From Candidatus Doudnabacteria bacterium RIFCSPHIGHO2_12_FULL_48_16 (lineage in GTDB: Bacteria > Patescibacteriota > Doudnabacteria > UBA920 > O2-02-FULL-48-8), in contig MFEY01000004.1 in NCBI GenBank assembly GCA_001780035.1, positions 10,399 to 74,398 of the forward strand: a DNA stretch of 64,000 nt. The letters run 5' to 3'. The notes under the pieces were generated by a model, which saw only the letters and a list, made by a program, of their open reading frames with translations, was not told the DNA's origin and did no database searches. Every line of letters begins with the position of its first letter. Position 1 is the first letter of the stretch. Positions 55,822 through 64,000 of this stretch are shown in pieces. The position numbers and the translations under genes were made by a program.

Positions 55822-58800
55822 ATGAGCAAGTTCACGCATTTACATGTCCACAGCCATTATTCCTTGCTTGATGGCTTGTCCAAAATCGACGAGCTGGTTT
55901 CCGCCGCCAAAAAATTAAACATGGAGGCGCTGGCACTGACCGACCATGGTGTGATGTATGGCACGATTCCTTTTTACAATGCGTGTCTGGAAGCCGGGAT
56001 CAAACCAATCATTGGTGTGGAAGCCTATATCGCCCCGCGCAGTCTCACGGATAAATCCGGCAAGATTGACTCTGACTACTATCACCTGACGCTTCTGGCG
56101 GCTAATGACGCGGGCTACAAAAATTTACTTAAACTTACGACCATCGCACATCTCGAAGGATTTTATTACAAACCGCGCATCGATCTAGAAACGCTCAAAA
56201 AACATTCGGAAGGACTGATTTGTCTGTCCGGTTGTCAGCGAGGTGAATTGTCCCGCGCTTTGGTTAATCATACTGATGTGGAAGTCAGGCAAGTTTTGCA
56301 AAAATATCTTGACATCTTCGGTCCAGAAAATTTTTATGTCGAGATCCAGCGCAACAGCCGGGAACCGAATCCCGGCGAGGAAACTTTAACTCAAAAGCTA
56401 ATCACCTTAGCCAAAAAAGAAAGCCTCAAACTTGTGGCCACTGCGGATTGCCATTACATCAACTCCGATGATGCCGAAGCTCAAGACGTCATGGTTTGTA
56501 TCGGCACAGGCCGCACAGTTAATGACCAGGATCGGCTCGATATGCGCTCGCACGATTTGTCACTCAAAAGCGCCGGCCGCATGCTGGAATTATTCGCGGA
56601 TGTGCCAGAGGCGGTAGCGAACACCATGGAAGTGGCGGACAAGTGTAATTTAAAAATTCTGATTAACCAGCGCTACTTCCCCAATGTCGACGTCCCAGCA
56701 GGACAAACTACGGCCGAATATTTACGCGCAGTCACCCAGCAACGCGGCTTGGCGCTATATGGCAAAAATGGCCAGATCCCCGAAGAAATTCAAAAACGGA
56801 TTGATTATGAGCTCAATATTATTATCAAAAAGGGCTTTGATACTTATTTCCTCATGGTCGCGGATGTCGTCGAGGGCGCGCACCAACACGGCGCGGTCAC
56901 GAATACCAGGGGCTCGGCGGCTGGCTCCATCGTCGCTCGGATCCTGGGGATCACCAGTGTCGATCCAATTTATTATCAATTGCCGTTTGAGCGATTTCTC
57001 ACCGAACACCGACCGACCCCGCCGGATATTGATTTGGATATCGCGGATACGCATCGGGAAGAAACCATTGCCTACATTACCGCCAAATATGGGCACGATA
57101 AAGTTGCCCAAATCATTACCTTTGGAACCATGATGGCACGCGCCGCGATCCGGGATGTGGGTCGCGCGCTTGGTATAGCCTATGGTAAATGCGACCAAAT
57201 TGCGAAAATGATCCCCATCGGCAAACAAGGCTTCCACATGACTCTGGACAAGGCGCTCGATCTCAATCCAGATCTCAAAGCCGCGTATGAGCGCGACCCG
57301 GAAACCAAACAAATCCTCGACATTGCCAGAAAACTCGAGGGGTGCGCTCGCCACGCTTCCGTGCATGCCGCGGGCGTGGTGATCACACCGAAAGCGCTGA
57401 CTGAATACATGCCCCTACAGCACGAACCAGACGGTGAAAAAATCATCACGCAATACGACATGTATGCCCTCGACATCAACACGAGCGGGCCCAAAGCCCT
57501 CGGCGTGGTCAAACTCGACTTACTGGGTATCCGCAACCTGTCCATCCTTGAATCCGCCGTCAAAATTGCCGAAAAACGACATGACGTTAAAATCGACATT
57601 TACAATCTCCCTCAACCGGATGCCAAAACTTTTAAATTACTCGCCGACGGCCATACTTTCGGCGTCTTCCAAATGGGCTCCTCAGGCATGACACGGTATC
57701 TCATGGATCTGCGGCCAAAAAGCATTTTCGACATCATGGCCATGATCGCCCTATACCGCCCGGGTCCAATGGGCATTATTCCGGAATACATCTCGCGCCA
57801 GCACAGCCGCAAAAAAATCGAATACTTTGACCCGCGCATGAAGGATTACCTCGAGCGCAGTCTCGGATTATTAGTTTACCAAGAAGACGTCTTGCTCACC
57901 GCTATCCACATCGCCGGCTACTCCTGGGAAGAAGCGGACAAACTGCGCAAAGCCATGGGCAAGAAAATCCCGGCGGAAATGGCCAAACAAAAAGAAAAAT
58001 TCACCAAAGGCTCTGTGGCCAATGGCATGTCGGCACAAAAATCGGAAGAACTATTTGCTCTGATTGAACCATTCGCGGCCTATGGTTTTGGTAAGGCACA
58101 TGCCGCCTCTTATGGAATCGTGAGTTACCAGACCGCGTATATGAAAGCGAACTACACCGTGGAGTTTATGGCCGCGCTTATGACCGCGGAATCCGGAGAT
58201 ATGCCAACCATTACCGAAGCCGTGGATGAATGCCGCAAATTAAGCATCAAGGTATTGCCTCCCGATGTCAATGAAAGTTTGGCCAACTTTACCGTGATTG
58301 ATCAGCAAAACATCCGTTTTGGTCTAAACGCGATTAAAAATTTAGGATCAGATGTGATTGATCTGATTATTGAGCAACGAAAAACCGGCGGCCAATTTCT
58401 CTCTCTGGAAGATTTTATCAAACGAATGCAAACTCGCAATTTTAACAAAAAATCGTGGGAAGCCCTGGTCAAATCCGGCGCTATGGATATTTTAGGCGAA
58501 CGCAACCAGCTTTTGGCCAACACCGAAACAATCTTAGACTTTGCCCGCGGCCAGAACAAACAAACCAACCAGGCGAGTTTGTTCGGCAGCGGCATGATTG
58601 AGCCAGCCAAATTAAAACTTCGGCCAGCTAAACCCGCCACCAAAAAAGAAAAACTGGGCTGGGAAAAAGAATTGCTGGGCATGTATATCAGCGCCCATCC
58701 TTTGGACGAGCATTCCGAACTGCTTAAAAGAACCGCAATGCCGATCCGGCAAATGATTGAAAACAACACCCAGCAGGCCGCGGTCGGCGGCATCATCAGC

Positions 58801-59229
58801 CGGGTGCAAAAAATTCTGACCAAAAAAGGCGACCCGATGGCTTTTATCGACGTGGAAGATTTATCCGGGACCATTGAAGTGATCATATTTCCCAACCTCT
58901 ATGCTCAAATAAAAAACTTGATCAATGAATCCACGCTGGTCCTGGTCAAAGGCAAACTGTCGGACAAGGACGGCGAACCCAAATTCCTGGCGGATGAGAT
59001 TAAGCCGCTGGGACAACAGTCATTGCCGGTGCAGCCGACCGCTGTCAGCGTTAAAATTCCCGCCGCCGCCACCGACGAGCTGTTTGAGCAGCTCAAGGAA
59101 GCCTTTGAATCCTCCCCGGGCGATTTGGCGGTCAATTTGATCATCAATGAACAAAAAGTGAAAACGCCATTTCGGATTGCGCTCAATGCCGAATTAAAAA
59201 CCAAAATCCGGGAAATTCTGGGCTCCTAG
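55822..59229 (+). CDS. dnaE: DNA polymerase III alpha subunit
   Basis: PHP domain HLHVHSHYSLLDG; start at internal Met MSKFTHL; 1135 aa. Confidence 0.9.
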   Translation: MSKFTHLHVHSHYSLLDGLSKIDELVSAAKKLNMEALALTDHGVMYGTIPFYNACLEAGIKPIIGVEAYIAPRSLTDKSGKIDSDYYHLTLLAANDAGYKNLLKLTTIAHLEGFYYKPRIDLETLKKHSEGLICLSGCQRGELSRALVNHTDVEVRQVLQKYLDIFGPENFYVEIQRNSREPNPGEETLTQKLITLAKKESLKLVATADCHYINSDDAEAQDVMVCIGTGRTVNDQDRLDMRSHDLSLKSAGRMLELFADVPEAVANTMEVADKCNLKILINQRYFPNVDVPAGQTTAEYLRAVTQQRGLALYGKNGQIPEEIQKRIDYELNIIIKKGFDTYFLMVADVVEGAHQHGAVTNTRGSAAGSIVARILGITSVDPIYYQLPFERFLTEHRPTPPDIDLDIADTHREETIAYITAKYGHDKVAQIITFGTMMARAAIRDVGRALGIAYGKCDQIAKMIPIGKQGFHMTLDKALDLNPDLKAAYERDPETKQILDIARKLEGCARHASVHAAGVVITPKALTEYMPLQHEPDGEKIITQYDMYALDINTSGPKALGVVKLDLLGIRNLSILESAVKIAEKRHDVKIDIYNLPQPDAKTFKLLADGHTFGVFQMGSSGMTRYLMDLRPKSIFDIMAMIALYRPGPMGIIPEYISRQHSRKKIEYFDPRMKDYLERSLGLLVYQEDVLLTAIHIAGYSWEEADKLRKAMGKKIPAEMAKQKEKFTKGSVANGMSAQKSEELFALIEPFAAYGFGKAHAASYGIVSYQTAYMKANYTVEFMAALMTAESGDMPTITEAVDECRKLSIKVLPPDVNESLANFTVIDQQNIRFGLNAIKNLGSDVIDLIIEQRKTGGQFLSLEDFIKRMQTRNFNKKSWEALVKSGAMDILGERNQLLANTETILDFARGQNKQTNQASLFGSGMIEPAKLKLRPAKPATKKEKLGWEKELLGMYISAHPLDEHSELLKRTAMPIRQMIENNTQQAAVGGIISRVQKILTKKGDPMAFIDVEDLSGTIEVIIFPNLYAQIKNLINESTLVLVKGKLSDKDGEPKFLADEIKPLGQQSLPVQPTAVSVKIPAAATDELFEQLKEAFESSPGDLAVNLIINEQKVKTPFRIALNAELKTKIREILGS

Positions 59230-59265
59230 TTGCACAAAAAATACCGAATGGCTATAATAAAAGCA

Positions 59266-59470
59266 GAGGTTTTTGAGAGCGAGGAAGTGGCTACCAACCA
59301 TTGAGTTCTCACGCTGAACACTTGCGTTAAAGAGTAAATTAAGAGCGTAGAGCGTGCAGCGCCGAGCGTGTAGTTTCTACACCCTCAACCCTGTCCCCTA
59401 TACCCTAACTTTGGGTGGAACCATCCGTGAGGATCCCAAGCAGAATTATCTGTTTGGGTATTTTTATTTC
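59266..59470 (+). promoter_or_regulatory. Candidate T-box riboswitch leader for thrS
   Basis: -10 TATAAT at 59253. Specifier-like loop CUACCAA (ACC plus A), GCUGA motif, GGGTGGAACC T-box-like sequence, terminator CCCAAGCAG...CTGTTTGGG plus U-run. Confidence 0.45.
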
Positions 59471-59500
59471 TTAAATCTTTAATCTCCAATCTTAAATCTT

Positions 59501-61270
59501 ATGAAAGAACACAATCAGTTAGACAACCTTCGCCATTCCGCTGCCCATCTTTTGGCTGCGGCTGTCATGAAAATGTGGCCGAACACCAAGCGTGCGATCG
59601 GTCCCTCGATCGAAGATGGTTTTTACTTTGACTTTGAATTCGACCAGGCCGACCTGCCTGCCGGCAGGCAGGTCTCGGAAAAAGATTTTCCGAAGATCGA
59701 AAAGACCATGAAACAGATAGTCAAAACCTGGGACGGTTTTGAACGCCATGAATTATCCGCCGACGATGCCAAAAAAGAATATCCAGGCAATCCTTACAAA
59801 CACGAGCTTGTAGATGAATTCAGTGGCAAGGGCGAAAAGCTCACTTTCTACAAATCCGGCGATTACTGGGATCTCTGCCGCGGCGGCCACGTGGACAATC
59901 CAAAAAAAGAATTACAGCACTTCAAATTGCTCTCCATCGCCGGCGCTTATTGGCGCGGTTCGGAAAAGAATAAAATGCTAACCCGCATCTACGCGACAGC
60001 TTTTCCAACTAAAGAAGAACTGGATCAGCATTTGTTCATGCTGGAAGAAGCCAAAAAAAGAGACCACAAAAAACTCGGCAAAGAATTAGACCTCTTTGTG
60101 TTCTCGGAATTGGTTGGCCCGGGCTTGCCGCTTTATACCCCCAAAGGCACAGAGACGCTTTATGAAATCAAAAACTTTTCCCGCGCGCTCAGAAAAGACA
60201 TGGGCTATCTGGAAGTCCAAACCCCACAAATCAATAAAGGACAATTGTTTAAAATTTCCGGGCATTACGACAAATTCCACGATGGTATGTTCCGAGTTGT
60301 TTCTCACTATTCGGAAGAAGAATATTTCATGAAACCCATGAATTGTCCGCAGCATACGCAAATCTATGCTTCTCGTCCGCGTAGCTATAAAGATCTTCCC
60401 ATAAAACTGGCTGACTTGGCTATGTTATACCGTGACGAAAAACCCGGACAGCTTTCGGGTCTAACCAGGTTACGCTCTTTTTCTCAGGACGATGCCCATT
60501 GTTTTTGCCGCGAAGACCAAATCGAACAAGAGTTTGATCTCCTGCTGCAAGCTATAGAAAAAGCCATGAAAACTTATGGTCTGAACTACTACATCAGATT
60601 CTCCTTGCGCGACGAAAATAACAAAGACGCTTATTTGGGCAGTGATGAGGTCTGGCAGAAATCCCAGAAACTTCTGGAAGAGCTACTGCAAAAAAGAAAA
60701 CTTGATTATAAAAAAGCCGAAGGCGAGGCTGCCTTCTACGGTCCCAAGATGGACTTAATCGTCAAAGACTCACTGGGTCGCGAATGGCAATTATCAACCA
60801 TTCAGCTGGATTTTAATATGCCGGAGCGGTTTGGACTGGAATATACTGACGTACACGGCCAAAAAGCCATTCCAATAATGATTCACAGCGCCTTGGTAGG
60901 TTCCCCTGAAAGATTCTTTGGCGTCGCTATCGAACACTTCGCTGGCGCCTTCCCGGTCTGGCTCGCCCCGGTCCAGGTCAAAATATTGCCCATCACGGAC
61001 AAGCAGAATGAGTATGCTCATGAGCTTGCTACTGAGCTTGCTACTGAGCAGATCCGAGTCGAACTCGATGACCGCTCCGAGTCCGTCGGCAAAAAAATCC
61101 GCGGGGCGGAAATGGAAAAAGTGCCTTACATGCTGATTGTGGGTGAAAAAGAAGTGGAAGCCAAATCCGTGGCGGTCCGAGCACGCAATCAGAAAGACTT
61201 GGGCGTCATGAAACTCAATCAATTTATCGACAAAATCCGTGAGGAAATCAAAACCCGAAGGCTATCTTAA
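59501..61270 (+). CDS. thrS: Threonine--tRNA ligase
   Basis: HSAAHLLAAA, class II core, anticodon-binding domain. Contains the in-frame palindrome (DLPAGRQV). Confidence 0.9.
   Translation: MKEHNQLDNLRHSAAHLLAAAVMKMWPNTKRAIGPSIEDGFYFDFEFDQADLPAGRQVSEKDFPKIEKTMKQIVKTWDGFERHELSADDAKKEYPGNPYKHELVDEFSGKGEKLTFYKSGDYWDLCRGGHVDNPKKELQHFKLLSIAGAYWRGSEKNKMLTRIYATAFPTKEELDQHLFMLEEAKKRDHKKLGKELDLFVFSELVGPGLPLYTPKGTETLYEIKNFSRALRKDMGYLEVQTPQINKGQLFKISGHYDKFHDGMFRVVSHYSEEEYFMKPMNCPQHTQIYASRPRSYKDLPIKLADLAMLYRDEKPGQLSGLTRLRSFSQDDAHCFCREDQIEQEFDLLLQAIEKAMKTYGLNYYIRFSLRDENNKDAYLGSDEVWQKSQKLLEELLQKRKLDYKKAEGEAAFYGPKMDLIVKDSLGREWQLSTIQLDFNMPERFGLEYTDVHGQKAIPIMIHSALVGSPERFFGVAIEHFAGAFPVWLAPVQVKILPITDKQNEYAHELATELATEQIRVELDDRSESVGKKIRGAEMEKVPYMLIVGEKEVEAKSVAVRARNQKDLGVMKLNQFIDKIREEIKTRRLS
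59653..59672. repeat. Perfect palindrome CCTGCCTGCCGGCAGGCAGG, copy 3, inside thrS
   Basis: Extends to the 24-nt GACCTGCCTGCCGGCAGGCAGGTC, encoding DLPAGRQV. Confidence 0.8.
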
Positions 61271-61379
61271 GGCGGAAAAACGCGAGCTCAAAAAACGCCC
61301 GCGCATGAAAGTCCACGGCGCGTCTTTAAAGCGACCTTCAAAATTCGCCGGTTTAAAACTTGCCAAAAAGAAAAAATAA

Positions 61380-61508
61380 CTGTCTTTGCGAGGAGGCGCT
61401 TTATCGCCTTGCTTTATCTTAGGCGCCGACGAAGCAATCTCATTCTTGAACAGAGATTGCTTCGCTCGCGCGATAGTTAATACTCATTGGCGCTCGCTCG
61501 CAAAGACA
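61380..61508 (+). other. Nested hairpin structure between thrS and miaA
   Basis: Outer IR CTGTCTTTGCGAG / CTCGCAAAGACA; inner perfect hairpin GAAGCAATCTC...GAGATTGCTTC. Confidence 0.4.
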
Positions 61509-61516
61509 ATCTGCTT

Positions 61517-62413
61517 ATGCTTAAATCCAATAAACTCATAGTCATTCTTGGCCCTACTTCCTCCGGTAAATCATCCCTCGCCATCAAACTCGCCCGAAAG
61601 TTCAAGGGCGAGATTATTTCCGCTGACTCGCGACAAGTTTATAAAGGCATGGACCTGGGGACGGGTAAGGTCACCAAAAAAGAACAACAACTAATCCCCC
61701 ATCATTTGCTCAACGTTGCCTCGCCCAAAAAACAATTTACCGTGGCGGAATTTAAACCGCTCGCCCAAAAAGCGATTCAAAAAATCCAAGCCAAAAAGAA
61801 ATTGCCGTTTTTGGTCGGCGGCACGCCGTTTTACATTTACGCCACGATTGACGACCTTCAAATCCCGGGGGTTGCGCCAAATTTCAAATTACGCAATCAA
61901 TTACGTAATAAAACCACGACCCAGCTTTTCGCTATGCTGAAAAAACTGGATCCAAGAAGAGCCAAAAACATTGACCCGCACAACCCTCGGCGCTTAATCC
62001 GAGCGATTGAAATCATCAAATCCACCGGTAAACCTGTACCCGCTCTCTCATCCCGCAGAGCTCACCCTGAGGCGCTCATTCTTGGGATCAAAAAAGACTT
62101 GGCTAAGCTTTATAAACTTATCGACGCGCGATTGGAACTACGGCTCAAAGCGGGCCTAATCGGCGAAGTAAAAAAACTCCGCAAGCTAGGAGTTTCGTGG
62201 AAGCGCTTGCAAGAGTTTGGTTTGGAATATCACTTTGTTTCGCTTTATCTGCAAAATAAACTGACTTATGACGAAATGATGCTCCAACTCAAAAACGGGA
62301 TTCATAAATTCGCCAAACGCCAAATGACCTGGTTCAAAACCGACTCGCGAATCAAGTGGATTAAAAATCAAAAACAAGCCGAACGGCTCATTAAGAAATA
62401 CTCGCAATCCTGA
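61517..62413 (+). CDS. miaA: tRNA dimethylallyltransferase
   Basis: GPTSSGKS P-loop, ISADSRQVYKGMDLGTGK. Confidence 0.85.
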   Translation: MLKSNKLIVILGPTSSGKSSLAIKLARKFKGEIISADSRQVYKGMDLGTGKVTKKEQQLIPHHLLNVASPKKQFTVAEFKPLAQKAIQKIQAKKKLPFLVGGTPFYIYATIDDLQIPGVAPNFKLRNQLRNKTTTQLFAMLKKLDPRRAKNIDPHNPRRLIRAIEIIKSTGKPVPALSSRRAHPEALILGIKKDLAKLYKLIDARLELRLKAGLIGEVKKLRKLGVSWKRLQEFGLEYHFVSLYLQNKLTYDEMMLQLKNGIHKFAKRQMTWFKTDSRIKWIKNQKQAERLIKKYSQS

Positions 62414-62490
62414 CGCAGGTCAGGATCTCTGATTTAAGACTGAGACCCTGAATCCCGCCAAAGGGACGGGCAGGCAAGTTCAGGGTTGCG

Positions 62491-63966
62491 TTAACTCTGT
62501 AATTCTTTTTTCAGAATTTCGTTGATCACTTGCGGGTTGCCTTTGCCTTTCAGTTCTTTCATGGTCTGGCCGACCAGAAAACCGAACGCCTTTTCGCCTT
62601 TGGTTTTGGCGTCCTCGACACCCTTGGGGTTTTCCGCAATCACTTTTCGGACCACGTCCAAAATCAAGCCTTCATCCGAGACTTGAGCCAGACCCAGCTC
62701 ATCCAAAATATTGGACGGGTCTTCACCTGTTGCAAACATTTTGGCGAAGACATCTTTGGCGGCGAGGTTGGAAACCTTGCCCTGACGGATCAATTTGATC
62801 AACTCGGCAAAATTTTCTGGGGTCACTTTCGAATCTTGCGGCAGCATTTTGCACTCGTTGAGCGCGGCCAAAAAATTGCCCAAAATCCAGTTGGCAGCGG
62901 CAAATCCGTATTTGCCATCATCGGCCTGCTTTTCAACCTGCAGCCACTCATCTAATTCTGATATCACGTGCTCAAAATAATTAGCGAGTTCTTTGTAAGC
63001 CACCAACGTGTATGCGTCCTTATCAGACAACGAATAATCACTCATAAACCGCTCCTTGCGGGCCTTTGGCAGTTCCGGCAAGTCGCGGCGCAACTCCTCC
63101 AGATAGGCCTTGGTAAACTGCATGATGGGCAAATCCGGCTCCGGGAAATAGCGGTAGTCCTGGGATTCTTCTTTCGACCGTTGCGAAACCGTAATCGCCT
63201 TGTCATCGACCCAGCCGCGGGTTTCCCGCGCCGGCGTTTGGCCCTGGTCCAAAAGTTCAGCCTGCCGTTTGATCTCATATTCAATGGCATTGGCCACGGC
63301 TTTAAAAGAATTCATATTTTTGACTTCCACTTTGTAGGGCGGAAACCCGCTCTCGCCAATTTTGCGCAAGCTGACGTTGGCATCACAGCGCAAATGGCCC
63401 TTCTCCATATCGGCATCGGAGACGCCCAGGTAGCGCATGATGTTTTGCAGTTCCTGCAAATAAACCTTGGCTTCTTCGGCCGACCGGATATCCGGCTCCG
63501 AAACGATTTCCAACAGCGGCGTGCCAGCGCGGTTGTAATCCACCAAACTGTAGTCGGCCCCGGCGGGGTGCATTAATTTACCGGCATCTTCTTCCAGATG
63601 CGCGCGGGTGATTCCAATCGTTCGGGTGTCCCCATTGGTCATTGTAATTGTCATTTGTCCGCGGCCATTGATCGGCATATCGAATTGCGAAATCTGATAG
63701 CCCTTCGGTAAATCGGGATAAAAATAATTCTTGCGGTCAAATTTGGAATACTCGGCAATTTCGCAATTCAAAGCCAACCCGACCTTCAGGGATTTTTCAA
63801 CCGCTTCGCGGTTGATGACCGGCAAAGTCCCCGGTTGGCCGGTGCAGAGCTCACAGATATGAACATTCGGCTCGGCCGCTTCAGCGTTCGGGGAGCCGCA
63901 AAACATCTTAGATTTAGTTTTTAGTTGAACATGGACTTCAAGTCCGATGACTGGTTCGTATTTCAT
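62491..63966 (-). CDS. gatB: Asp-tRNA(Asn)/Glu-tRNA(Gln) amidotransferase subunit B
   Basis: MKYEPVIGLEVHVQL N-terminus, C-terminal YqeY-like tail. Confidence 0.9.
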   Translation of the reverse strand: MKYEPVIGLEVHVQLKTKSKMFCGSPNAEAAEPNVHICELCTGQPGTLPVINREAVEKSLKVGLALNCEIAEYSKFDRKNYFYPDLPKGYQISQFDMPINGRGQMTITMTNGDTRTIGITRAHLEEDAGKLMHPAGADYSLVDYNRAGTPLLEIVSEPDIRSAEEAKVYLQELQNIMRYLGVSDADMEKGHLRCDANVSLRKIGESGFPPYKVEVKNMNSFKAVANAIEYEIKRQAELLDQGQTPARETRGWVDDKAITVSQRSKEESQDYRYFPEPDLPIMQFTKAYLEELRRDLPELPKARKERFMSDYSLSDKDAYTLVAYKELANYFEHVISELDEWLQVEKQADDGKYGFAAANWILGNFLAALNECKMLPQDSKVTPENFAELIKLIRQGKVSNLAAKDVFAKMFATGEDPSNILDELGLAQVSDEGLILDVVRKVIAENPKGVEDAKTKGEKAFGFLVGQTMKELKGKGNPQVINEILKKELQS

Positions 63967-64000
63967 TTTATTGAGAGTTTGGATTGGTCACTGGCGGCTC

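Noticed and set aside
61238-61375. Small basic ORF overlapping the thrS 3' end (…KRELKKRPRMKVHGASLKRPSKFAGLKLAKKKK)
   Set aside because: Only a GTG start inside thrS; no convincing match to infC, rpmI or other small ribosomal proteins; likely fortuitous.
1-64000. CRISPR arrays, rRNA genes, stop-codon recoding
   Set aside because: No regularly spaced direct repeats with unique spacers were seen. No rRNA-like segments. TGA terminates several well-supported genes, so the standard code applies.

Overview
This 64 kb window looks like a small-genome bacterium with standard genetic code (TGA is used as a stop) and roughly 45% GC judged by eye. Gene content and compact operons suggest a CPR/Patescibacteria-like organism; that is an inference. 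The backbone is housekeeping: lgt, aspS (short form), scpA-scpB, the mraZ-rsmH-ftsL-ftsI-murF cluster, rplJ-rplL with an attenuator-type leader, rpsB-tsf, rpmE-prfA-prmC, rplY, ftsW, dnaE, thrS, miaA, gatB, hup and a two-component cluster. There are five tRNAs, and an rpmG (L33) gene that the ORF track missed between tRNA-Thr and tRNA-Trp. The accessory content is more interesting and falls into eight groups. (1) A tight minus-strand operon at 20600-25354: an excisionase-family HTH gene (with a decayed tandem copy of its own 5' end upstream), three tandem paralogous small N-terminally membrane-anchored proteins sharing an (N/Q)(E/D)FY motif, and a 976-aa secreted protein with a C-terminal double-TM anchor. 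This is the best candidate for an undescribed cell-surface system. (2) A roughly 70-105 nt element with terminal inverted repeats CCCGTTAGAAAT / ATTTCTAACGGG occurs four times, with its 3' arm directly abutting the ATG in three copies. (3) Two small islands next to tRNA genes have foreign codon usage. One sits at tRNA-Glu, is flanked by roughly 50 bp direct repeats and matching hairpins, and carries a 446-aa unknown protein. The other sits at tRNA-Trp, carries a 464-aa QueC-like PP-loop protein, and ends at a degenerate copy of the tRNA 3' half. (4) Three visibly high-GC patches carry metabolic genes that look horizontally acquired: purD-like plus purN-like, thrC, and asparaginase. (5) A perfect 20-24 nt palindrome CCTGCCTGCCGGCAGGCAGG occurs three times, once in frame inside thrS. 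(6) Structured noncoding regions include a roughly 0.8 kb GC-rich stretch upstream of rpsB, a T-box-like thrS leader, and a nested hairpin between thrS and miaA. (7) MraZ-box-like GTGGN repeats lie upstream of mraZ. (8) An extended -10 TGCTATAAT promoter recurs at least six times. No CRISPR array or rRNA was seen. All coordinates for noncoding features were counted by hand and may be off by 1-2 nt.
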